A DNA stretch of 24,000 nt from Tomitella biformata AHU 1821 (GTDB lineage Bacteria > Actinomycetota > Actinomycetes > Mycobacteriales > Mycobacteriaceae). A program made the translations under genes and the position numbers. Location: assembly GCF_000524475.1 (NCBI RefSeq), contig NZ_BAVQ01000023.1, positions 101,962 through 125,961 of the forward strand. The letters run 5' to 3'. The notes under the pieces are model-generated. The model was not told where the DNA came from. It made no database searches and saw only the letters and a list, made by a program, of their open reading frames with translations. Shown in pieces: positions 9,054 to 18,067 of the stretch (position 1 is its first letter; each line of letters starts with the position of its first letter).

Positions 9054-9857
9054 ATGCGATCCACATGGAATGGACAGGTCTCATTCGGGCTGGTGAGCAT
9101 CCCGGTGCGCCTGTACTCAGCCACCGAGAGCAAGAACATCGCTTTCCACCAGGTTCATGAACGCGATGGCGGCCAGATCAAGTACAAGCGCGTGTGCGAG
9201 GTCGATGGCGAGGAGGTGCCATACCCGGAGATCGCGAAGGGCTATGAGACCGACGACGGGCAGCTAGTGGTCCTCACCGACCGGGATCTCGCAGCGGTGC
9301 CAGCACCCGCGGCCAAGACCGCCGAGGTCCTCGAATTCGTCCCCCTGGAGGCCATCGACCCGATCTACTTCGACAAGACCTACTACGTGGAGCCGCAGAA
9401 GGCCGGGATCAAACCGTACCTGCTGCTACGCGACGCCCTCCAGAAATCAGGCCGCGTCGCTATCGCCAAAATCGCGCTACGCCAACGGGAATCGCTCGCG
9501 GTGCTGCGCGTGTACTCCGACGTGCTGATGATCAGCACCATGCTCTGGCCCGACGAGGTCCGCGCCGCCGACTTCCCCTTCCTCGGCGAGGACCATCCCC
9601 AGATCCGGCCGCAGGAGATGACCATGGCCGCGACGCTGATCGAGGGCATGTCCGACGACGTCTTCGACCCCGCCAAGTATCACGACACCTACCGGGCCGC
9701 GCTCACCGAGATGGTCGAGGCGAAGATCGCAGGGCACGAGTCCATCGCCGTGCCCGCCGCGGCCGGCGCCGATGAGGAGGTGGCGGACTTGTTGGCGGCG
9801 CTCAGTGCCAGCGTGGAGCAGGCCCAAAGGCCGCATAGCAATAGCGGACCTAGCTAA
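9054..9857 (+). CDS. ku: NHEJ DNA-end-binding protein Ku
   Basis: MRSTWNGQVSFGLVSIPVRLYSATE... is the canonical bacterial Ku N-terminus. Alternative in-frame starts are GTG 9045 and ATG 9048, which overlap the ligD stop TGA 9046-9048. Confidence 0.9.
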   Translation: MRSTWNGQVSFGLVSIPVRLYSATESKNIAFHQVHERDGGQIKYKRVCEVDGEEVPYPEIAKGYETDDGQLVVLTDRDLAAVPAPAAKTAEVLEFVPLEAIDPIYFDKTYYVEPQKAGIKPYLLLRDALQKSGRVAIAKIALRQRESLAVLRVYSDVLMISTMLWPDEVRAADFPFLGEDHPQIRPQEMTMAATLIEGMSDDVFDPAKYHDTYRAALTEMVEAKIAGHESIAVPAAAGADEEVADLLAALSASVEQAQRPHSNSGPS

Positions 9858-10377
9858 TGCGCTCCATCGACGCCGCATAGTTCGCCGAGTTGTTCACATA
9901 GTTTCGGACCCCGATGCCGAGTCGCTCCGCGAAGCCCTCCGGGTCGGGATGCGGCGTCACCTTCGCCGGCATGCCGAGCAGCCTCGATCCCGCGGGAGCC
10001 ACCGTCCCCTCGGTCACCAGCGCTCCTGCCCCTACCAGACTCCGCGTGCCGATCACTACCCGCTGCAGGCATGTCGACATCGATCCAATGAGGCAAAAGT
10101 CCTCCACCACAGCGCCTTCCAGATGCGCATTGTGCCCAACGACGCAGTCTGCGCCAATAATCGTCGGCCAATCCGGCGACGTGTGCACCACGGTGCCGTC
10201 CTGGATGGAGGTCCGCGCACCGATCTCGATGCGCCCGAAGTCCGCCCGTAAGACCGTCGTCGGCCAGATGGACGCGCCAGCGCCGATGGTCACCGCGCCG
10301 ATCACCACGGCATCTGGATGCACGAACGCGGTTGGATGAATCTCCGGGATCAGCTCACCGAGCTTGTAGACAGCCAT
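9850..10377 (-). CDS. Gamma-carbonic-anhydrase-like / hexapeptide-repeat (left-handed beta-helix) family protein
   Basis: MAVYKLGELIPEIHPTAFVHPDAVVIGAVTIGAGASIWPTTVLRADFGRIEIGARTSIQDGTVVH is the typical YrdA/PaaY-type pattern. ATG 10377 is preferred over GTG 10395. Its 3' end overlaps the ku 3' end by 8 bp. Confidence 0.8.
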   Translation of the reverse strand: MAVYKLGELIPEIHPTAFVHPDAVVIGAVTIGAGASIWPTTVLRADFGRIEIGARTSIQDGTVVHTSPDWPTIIGADCVVGHNAHLEGAVVEDFCLIGSMSTCLQRVVIGTRSLVGAGALVTEGTVAPAGSRLLGMPAKVTPHPDPEGFAERLGIGVRNYVNNSANYAASMERIS

Positions 10378-10448
10378 GAGTGGATACTGCCGCACGACGG
10401 GGAAGCCGCGCCAACCACTCCCACCCAGCCTGACGGGCCGCTAGGCGC

Positions 10449-10969
10449 ATGGGGAAATTCGCTAGACCGTTCCGGGGGTCCATCGCCATGCAGTGCGGCC
10501 AGCTGACCAGGCATCAGCTCACACAGCGCTACCGAATATGTCCGGACATCTATATCGAGCGCGGGGTCGGGCTGTCCCCATTGCTGCGCGCCGAGGCCGC
10601 AGCGCTTTGGGTAGGAGACGACGGAGTGCTCGCCGGGCACTCGCCCTCGTCGATGCCGGCGCCGAGTTGCTCCTCAGCCGGGCCGGGCTGCCCCCGCTGA
10701 ATACGCAGGTCGAGGTTCGTAACGAGTGGAACTACCGCATCGCAACCTGCGACATGGGGTGGGAGCGGTGGCGCGTGGTGATCGAATATGACGGCATCGA
10801 TCACTGGCTGGACGAGCGGACCCGCACCAACGACATCAGCCGGTACGAGGAAATCGAGGAGTTGGGATGGCGCGTCGTCCTCGTGAGCGCCCGAATGCTC
10901 CGCGGCGAGAGGCAATTGATCATCGACCGCGTCCGCAGAAAGCTCCGCGAGGCTGGGTGCCCAAGGTAG
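10449..10969 (+). pseudogene. Decayed DUF559 / Vsr-like (restriction-endonuclease-fold) protein gene, with a frameshift and probable internal deletion
   Basis: ORF 10449-10700 encodes the family's N-terminal region (PFRGSIAMQCGQLTRHQL...AAALWVGDDGVLAGHS). A different frame (10493-10969) encodes the C-terminal nuclease region (LLLSRAGLPPLNTQVEV...RVVIEYDGIDHW...ELGWRVVLV). The frames switch near 10625-10650. The combined length is about 175 aa, well short of my recollection of roughly 280-300 aa for intact members. Confidence 0.65.
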
Positions 10970-10986
10970 CCGACGCCCCACCGAGA

Positions 10987-11044
10987 AGTTACGCGCATCC
11001 ACGCAGATTTCAACGAACGAATATCTGCATAAATGCGCGTAACT
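10987..11044. repeat. Nested inverted repeat (58 bp) in an A/T-richer convergent intergenic region
   Basis: Outer perfect 12-bp arms are AGTTACGCGCAT (10987-10998) and ATGCGCGTAACT (11033-11044). Inner 6-bp arms are GCAGAT (11003-11008) and ATCTGC (11023-11028), around a 14-nt loop. Confidence 0.6.
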
Positions 11045-11049
11045 GCCTG

Positions 11050-11067
11050 GCTGGGGGAGGCCCCAGC
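11050..11067 (-). terminator. Candidate terminator hairpin just downstream of the hydratase/hydrolase gene
   Basis: GCTGGGG (11050-11056) and CCCCAGC (11061-11067) form a 7-bp GC stem with a 4-nt loop. It lies 8 nt beyond the stop at 11076-11078 on the minus strand. There is no U tract. Confidence 0.3.
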
Positions 11068-11075
11068 GCGGAGCC

Positions 11076-12089
11076 CTAGGTCGGTGTGTCGAAGACGTCC
11101 TGCACCGCGTCCGCCGACACTTCGGCCAGCCGCGCGGGCGACCACGAGGCATTGCGATCCTTGTCGACCAGCATCGCACGCACGCCCTCTGCGAAGTCCG
11201 GGCAGCGCGTCATCTTCACCGCGGCCCGCAGCTCGCGGCCCAGGCATTCGTCCAGATCAGAGCCGACGCCCCGCTTGAGCAGCTCCGCCGTGACGGCCAG
11301 CGACCACGGGGAGACGGAGGCGAGAGCCTCGCGGGCGGCGACCCGCCAGGGCTCCGAGCCCACCTCGAGCCGCGCAACCATGTCGGCGACGTCGTACCCG
11401 GCGAAGGCCTCATCGATCGCGGCGCGATCCAGGGCCAACGAGGACTCGGGCCCCGCCCCCAGCGGGGCCAGCGCGGAGTCCAGCCCGTCGGAGACGATCC
11501 GATCCGCGAACGAGTCCAACTCGGCCGCCGGGACAAAATGCGTCGCAAGCCCCAACTCCAGCACATCGCCGGCGGTGAGCCGCGCGCCGGTCAGCGCCAG
11601 GTACATCCCCACCCCGTCGAGCTTGGGCAGAAAGTGGCTGGCGCCGACATCGGGGATGAAGCCGATCGCGGTCTCGGGCATCGCGAACATCGCGTTCTCG
11701 GTGACCACGCGGTGACTGCCGTGTACGGAGATGCCGAGGCCGCCCCCCATGTTCACGCCGTCGATCAGGGACACATATGGCTTGGGGTAGTCAGCCACGA
11801 GCTGGTCCAGCCGGTACTCGTCGGAGAAGTAGCGGTAGACCGCGTCGTTGTCGCCGGCGAGCACAGCCTCTCGGACGGCACGGATGTCGCCCCCCGCGCA
11901 GAACGCCTTCGGAGAGGCGCTGCGGACCAGCACGGTCTGCACAGAGTCGTCGGACTGCCAATCCACCAGCGTCGAGTACAGGTCTCGAATCATTGTGTTG
12001 TCCAACGCGTTCAGCGCCTTGGGACGATTGAGGACGATCTCGCCGACCCCACCCTTGACCTGGCTATCGATGAAAGAACTCAACACCAC
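11076..12089 (-). CDS. Enoyl-CoA hydratase/isomerase family protein, 3-hydroxyisobutyryl-CoA hydrolase-like
   Basis: GEIVLNRPKALNALDNTMIRDL...AFCAGGDIRAV...GVNMGGGLGISVHGSHRVVTENAMFAMPETAIGFIPDVG matches the crotonase fold with a HIBCH-type C-terminal extension. The protein is 337 aa. Confidence 0.85.
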   Translation of the reverse strand: MVLSSFIDSQVKGGVGEIVLNRPKALNALDNTMIRDLYSTLVDWQSDDSVQTVLVRSASPKAFCAGGDIRAVREAVLAGDNDAVYRYFSDEYRLDQLVADYPKPYVSLIDGVNMGGGLGISVHGSHRVVTENAMFAMPETAIGFIPDVGASHFLPKLDGVGMYLALTGARLTAGDVLELGLATHFVPAAELDSFADRIVSDGLDSALAPLGAGPESSLALDRAAIDEAFAGYDVADMVARLEVGSEPWRVAAREALASVSPWSLAVTAELLKRGVGSDLDECLGRELRAAVKMTRCPDFAEGVRAMLVDKDRNASWSPARLAEVSADAVQDVFDTPT

Positions 12090-12114
12090 TCCTATCCACT
12101 AGAACCCGCGGTAC

Positions 12115-13953
12115 TTACTCCTGGTCGCCGAGCAGCTCCATCCACCGTTCCTCGGCCACCTCTTTATCGGCTACCACCTGCAGCAGCTCGGCGTTGAGCT
12201 TCTGCAGTGAGGAGGGGTCCGTGGCGGCATCAAGCAGCTGCGCGTGGAGGCTGCGCTCGCGGTCGTCGAGCTTGACCACGGTCTTCTCCAGCCGCGACAT
12301 CTCCTTCTGCAGCGCACGATCGGAGCCGGTGCCCTTGCCCTTAGATCCCTTGGCATTGGACGCGGGCTGCGCCCCGGCCATGAGCTCGGCACGGCGCTCC
12401 AGGTACTGGTCGATGCCGCGCGGCAGGTTCGTCAGCTTGCCGTCGCCGAACAGCGCCCACGTGGTGTCGCAGATGCGCTCGATCAGGTACCGGTCGTGAC
12501 TGATCACGACGAGGGTGCCGGCCCAGTTGTCGAGGAGGTCCTCGAGCTGCTGAAGGGTGTCGATGTCGAGGTCGTTTGTGGGCTCGTCGAGGAGCAGCAC
12601 GTTCGGCTCGGACATCAACACTCGCGTGAGCTGCAGCCGTCGGCGCTCGCCACCGGAGAGGTCGCCGACCGGGGTCCGCTGCCGCGCCGGGCTAAAGCCG
12701 AGGCGCTCGGCCAGCTGGGAGGCAGAGAGCTCGCGGTCGCCGAGCTGGACCACGCGGGCCACATCCTCGACGGCGTCGAGGACACGCATGTCGGCGGGCA
12801 GGTCGTCGAGCTCCTGCTTGAGCCAGCCGAGGGAGACGGTCTGACCGACTTTCCGCGTGCCAGCGCTCAGCGGCCACTCGCCGCCGAGTGCCCGCAGCAG
12901 AGTCGTCTTGCCGGAACCGTTGACGCCGACGAGGCCGAGGCGCTCGCCGGGAGCCAGCCGCCAGGTGAGGTCGGAGACCAGCACGCGGCCCACCTCGCCG
13001 TCGGCGCCAGTGGGCGCGTTGAGCGTGGCGTTCTCGAGCTCGATGACGACCTTGCCTAGGCGCTTCTTGGCGAAGGCGCTCAGTGCGATCGAGTCACGCG
13101 GGGCAGGCACGTTGGCGATCAGCGCCTCGGCGGCCTCGACTCGGTACTTGGGCTTCGAGGTGCGGGCGGGGGCCCCGCGGCGCAGCCAGGCGAGTTCCTT
13201 GCGGGCCAGGTTGCGGCGACGCTCCTCGGAGGCGTCGGACTGCCGGGTGCGCTCGGCGCGGGCGAAGACCCAGTCGTTGTAGCCGCCCTCGTAGGCCTCG
13301 ACCTTGCCGCCGACGACCTCCCAGGTGGTCTGCGCGACGGTGTCGAGGAACCAGCGATCGTGTGTGACGACGACCAGGGCCGAGCGGCGCGAGCGGAGGT
13401 GCTCGGCCAGCCACTGCACGCCCTCGACGTCGAGGTGGTTGGTGGGCTCATCGAGGACCAGCAGGTCGAGGTCCTGGACCAGGGCCGCGGCCAGAGCGAC
13501 GCGTCGCCGCTCGCCGCCGGAGAGCTCGTCGACACGGGTGTGCAGCTGGCGGGTGGACTCGGTGGAGCCGGTGCCATCGTCAGAGTTGTCGCCGAAGGCC
13601 GCGCCGAAGCCGATGCCCGCGAGGACGTCGCGGATCCGGCGGTTCGAGGCCCACTCATGCTCGGCCAGCCCGAGGGGGCCGAAGACAACCTCGCCGACGG
13701 TGGAGCCGGGGGGCAGCACCCCGCGCTGGGTGACGACGGCAGACCGCATCCCGCCGACCGTGCTCACACGACCGGAGTCAGGCGGCTCGAGCCCCGTGAG
13801 GACCTCCAGCAGTGTGGTCTTGCCACCGCCGTTCAGCCCGACCACGCCGATGCGCTCACCCTCATGAATTCCGAGTGAGACGTCATCGAGCAGCGGCTTG
13901 ATCCCGAAGGTCTTGTTGACCGACTCGAGATTGACCAGCACGGGGTTTGCCAT
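12115..13953 (-). CDS. ABC-F family ATPase (two ABC domains, no transmembrane domain, C-terminal coiled coil; Uup-like)
   Basis: Walker A motifs GLNGGGKTT and GVNGSGKTT; signatures LSGGERRRV and LSGGERRRL; Walker B motifs LLVLDEPTNHLD and LLLDEPTNDLD. The C-terminal tail is charged and helical. Its ATG overlaps the ispE stop by 1 nt (TGATG). Confidence 0.9.
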   Translation of the reverse strand: MANPVLVNLESVNKTFGIKPLLDDVSLGIHEGERIGVVGLNGGGKTTLLEVLTGLEPPDSGRVSTVGGMRSAVVTQRGVLPPGSTVGEVVFGPLGLAEHEWASNRRIRDVLAGIGFGAAFGDNSDDGTGSTESTRQLHTRVDELSGGERRRVALAAALVQDLDLLVLDEPTNHLDVEGVQWLAEHLRSRRSALVVVTHDRWFLDTVAQTTWEVVGGKVEAYEGGYNDWVFARAERTRQSDASEERRRNLARKELAWLRRGAPARTSKPKYRVEAAEALIANVPAPRDSIALSAFAKKRLGKVVIELENATLNAPTGADGEVGRVLVSDLTWRLAPGERLGLVGVNGSGKTTLLRALGGEWPLSAGTRKVGQTVSLGWLKQELDDLPADMRVLDAVEDVARVVQLGDRELSASQLAERLGFSPARQRTPVGDLSGGERRRLQLTRVLMSEPNVLLLDEPTNDLDIDTLQQLEDLLDNWAGTLVVISHDRYLIERICDTTWALFGDGKLTNLPRGIDQYLERRAELMAGAQPASNAKGSKGKGTGSDRALQKEMSRLEKTVVKLDDRERSLHAQLLDAATDPSSLQKLNAELLQVVADKEVAEERWMELLGDQE

Positions 13954-14909
13954 CAGGCTAGATCCTCCGGTTCATCTTCATGGTTGTTGTCGCGGGCAGC
14001 CAGCACATGTGCGCCGCCCGCCGGCCCAGAGGCCACGCGGACGGTGCGGCACACGCCGGCGCCCGCGAGTTCGAGGCTGACGGCGAGCGCGGTGTCCGCG
14101 TCGCCGCACAGGAATGCGCAGGTGGGCCCGGAGCCGGAGACGATGCCCTTCAGGGCGCCGGCCCGCTCCCCCGCGTTGAGGGTGCGTCGCAACTCCGGCT
14201 TGAGGGAGAGCGCCGCGGGCTGCAGGTCATTGCCCAGCGCGTCGGCCAGCTTCCGGACGTCGCCGGTCGCCAGCGCGGAGAGCAGCGGCTCCGGGGAGCC
14301 GACGCGCGGCCGCTCGCCGGCGGCGCGCAGGCGGTCGAGCTCGCCGAACACGTCGGGGGTGCGCAGTCCGCCCTTGGCAAGGGCCAGCACCCAATGGTAC
14401 TTGTTACGCGAAAGCACGGTCGTGAGCTTCTCGCCGCGGCCCGCGCCCAATGCGGTGCCGCCGAGCAGCATGAACGGGACGTCGCTGCCGAGCTCTGCGG
14501 CGAGTTGTGAGAGCTCCTCGCGCGGGACGTCGGTCTTCCACATGTGGTCCAGTGCCAGCAGGGTCGCGGCCGCGTCGGCGCTGCCCCCGGCCATACCGCC
14601 CGCCACGGGAATCCCCTTGTCCACGATGATGCGGACCTTGGCCCGTCGCCCCACATGCTCGGCCAGCAGCTCCGCGGCGCGCCACGCGAGGTTGCGCGAG
14701 TCTGTGGGGACAAACCGCGCGCCCTCCCCGGTGACCCGCACAGACAGCTCGGGCGCGGGGACGACGGAGATCTCGTCGTATAGCGACAGGGACTGGAAGA
14801 CGGTGTTCAGCTCGTGATAGCCGTCGGCTCGCAGGTCCCCCACTCCAAGATGAAGATTGACCTTGGCGGGAACCTGCACAACGACGGGTTCATGAACAAC
14901 ACTGAGCAC
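13953..14909 (-). CDS. ispE: 4-diphosphocytidyl-2-C-methyl-D-erythritol kinase
   Basis: [11 protein letters not shown]...DGYHEL at the N-terminus and the GHMP kinase motif [15 protein letters not shown]. It sits after rsmA as in other actinobacteria. GTG start. Confidence 0.9.
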   Translation of the reverse strand: MLSVVHEPVVVQVPAKVNLHLGVGDLRADGYHELNTVFQSLSLYDEISVVPAPELSVRVTGEGARFVPTDSRNLAWRAAELLAEHVGRRAKVRIIVDKGIPVAGGMAGGSADAAATLLALDHMWKTDVPREELSQLAAELGSDVPFMLLGGTALGAGRGEKLTTVLSRNKYHWVLALAKGGLRTPDVFGELDRLRAAGERPRVGSPEPLLSALATGDVRKLADALGNDLQPAALSLKPELRRTLNAGERAGALKGIVSGSGPTCAFLCGDADTALAVSLELAGAGVCRTVRVASGPAGGAHVLAARDNNHEDEPEDLA

Positions 14910-14920
14910 AAGGGTCGATC

Positions 14921-15841
14921 CTAGTCGAGAGCTGGATCAACCATGACCTCAGCGCCGCTGACCTCGGCCAATCTCACAAAGTCCTCAACGTTGATCCGCT
15001 CGCCGCGCGCCGACGGATCGATGCCCGCCGCGCGCAGTCGACGCTCGGCCTCCACCGGGCTCCCGGCCCAGCCGGCCAGCGCCGCGCGCAGGGTCTTGCG
15101 GCGCTGCGAGAAGGCCGCGTCGACAACGGCGAAGACCGACTTGCGGTGCCCCTCGATGCCCAGCGCGTTCGTGTCCCACGGGAGTTCGTCGTAGCGGTCG
15201 ATGCGCACCAGTCCCGACTCGACCTTCGGCACCGGCCAGAACACGTTGGGTCCCACGGAGCCGGCGCGGCTCACCTTGCCGAAGTAGGCGCCCTTCACGC
15301 TCGGCACTCCGTAGGTGCGGTTCCCGGGCGGGGCAGCGAGGCGGTCCGCGACCTCGGCCTGGACCATCACCAGGGCGGTGCGCAGGCTCGGCAGCTCGCA
15401 AAACATCTGGATGAGGACGGGCACGGCCACGTTGTACGGCAGGTTCGCCACCAGCGCGGTGGGCGCCGCCGGCAGGTCTCGGGCCTTGATCTGTAGCGCG
15501 TCAGCCTCGATGACGGTGAGGTTCGCTGCCACGGACGGCGCGCGCTCGGCAACGGTGGTCGGCAACTGGCGCGCGAGCTTGGGATCGATCTCGACAGCAA
15601 TGACCGCCCCGGCGACGTCGAGCAGGCCGAGCGTCAGCGAGCCCAGTCCCGGGCCGACCTCGAGCACGACGTCCTCCGCCGTGACGCCAGAGGTGGCGAC
15701 AATGCGGCGGACGGTGTTCGCGTCGTGCACGAAGTTCTGTCCAAGGGTCTTGGTGGGCCGCACATCCAACAGCGCCGCGAGTGCTCGGACCTCTGCGGGT
15801 CCAAGCATCGCGGCGCGTGAAGTTTCAGGCTCTGAAGGCAT
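14921..15841 (-). CDS. rsmA: 16S rRNA (adenine1518/1519-N6)-dimethyltransferase
   Basis: [16 protein letters not shown], the SAM motif [12 protein letters not shown], and NLPYNV. ATG 15841 is used. An internal ATG at 15808 (MLGPAEV) is an alternative start. Confidence 0.9.
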   Translation of the reverse strand: MPSEPETSRAAMLGPAEVRALAALLDVRPTKTLGQNFVHDANTVRRIVATSGVTAEDVVLEVGPGLGSLTLGLLDVAGAVIAVEIDPKLARQLPTTVAERAPSVAANLTVIEADALQIKARDLPAAPTALVANLPYNVAVPVLIQMFCELPSLRTALVMVQAEVADRLAAPPGNRTYGVPSVKGAYFGKVSRAGSVGPNVFWPVPKVESGLVRIDRYDELPWDTNALGIEGHRKSVFAVVDAAFSQRRKTLRAALAGWAGSPVEAERRLRAAGIDPSARGERINVEDFVRLAEVSGAEVMVDPALD

Positions 15842-15850
15842 CCAGTGAAC

Positions 15851-17195
<1,345 letters not shown>

Positions 17196-18041
17196 TTACG
17201 ACACGCCCTTTGACCCAATTCGGTACACGCGTTCAGCATTTTCGCAGGCATTTCGGGCCACGACGGCCGGATCCTGCTCGCGCAGCGCCGCCAGGGCACG
17301 CACGGTGTAGGGCACGCAGTAGGGCTCGTTGGGGGCTCCGCGGTACGGGTGCGGGGTCAAGAACGGCGCGTCGGTCTCCACCAGCAGTTGGGCGTCCGGA
17401 ACCAGCCGCGCGGATTCGTGGAGGGCCTTCGCGTTCTTAAAGCTGACGGTCCCGGAAAAGCTGAGCGCATAGCCGGCGTCGACGCATTGACGCGCGACCA
17501 ATGGCCCCGAGGAGAAGCAGTGGAAGATCACCGTCTCCGGCGCACCTTCCGCCTTGAGCACATCCAGGAGGACCTGGTCGGCCTCGCGGTTGTGGATCAT
17601 CAGCGGTTTGCCAACGCGCTTGGCCAGGTCGATGTGCCAGGCGAAGCCGTCCAGCTGCTCCTCGCGCGTCGCGCAGCCCTCAAGCTTTCCGGGCCAGTAC
17701 CAGTCCAGCCCGGTCTCCCCCACGGCCACCACGCGCGGGTCCTGTACCAGCCGCTCGAGCTCCAGCTTGGCTGCGTCGTCGAGGGCGTTGGCCCGCGTCG
17801 GGTGCAGTGCGACGGCCGCGTACACCCGCTCGTCCCAGTTCGCGGCGCGCACCGCGAACTGGGCGGCGGCGAGGTCGTCGGCGATGGTCACCACCCGGGT
17901 GACGCCGGCCTGCCCCGCGCGGTCGAGGATCTCTTTGACGCTCGCCTGATCGTGCGCCCCGCACGCGTCGAGATGCGTGTGGGCGTCGATCAGCTCCCCC
18001 ACCGGCTCGGGAATCGGCGGGGCCGGCCTGTCCTGTGCCAT
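17196..18041 (-). CDS. TatD family metal-dependent hydrolase/DNase
   Basis: DAHTHLD, IFHCFSSG and ETDAPFLTP motifs. The protein is 281 aa and occupies the conserved position between metG and rpfB. Confidence 0.85.
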   Translation of the reverse strand: MAQDRPAPPIPEPVGELIDAHTHLDACGAHDQASVKEILDRAGQAGVTRVVTIADDLAAAQFAVRAANWDERVYAAVALHPTRANALDDAAKLELERLVQDPRVVAVGETGLDWYWPGKLEGCATREEQLDGFAWHIDLAKRVGKPLMIHNREADQVLLDVLKAEGAPETVIFHCFSSGPLVARQCVDAGYALSFSGTVSFKNAKALHESARLVPDAQLLVETDAPFLTPHPYRGAPNEPYCVPYTVRALAALREQDPAVVARNACENAERVYRIGSKGVS

Positions 18042-18042
18042 C

Positions 18043-18067
18043 TACTTGTTGACCTTTACTTGTTGAC
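18043..18067. repeat. Tandem duplication (period 14) of an 11-nt unit at the metG stop / tatD start junction
   Basis: TACTTGTTGAC occurs at 18043-18053 and again at 18057-18067. On the coding strand this reads GTCAACAAGTAa-ag-GTCAACAAGTAg-ATG. One copy encodes the last metG codons (V-N-K-stop) and the other forms the spacer before the tatD ATG. Confidence 0.7.
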
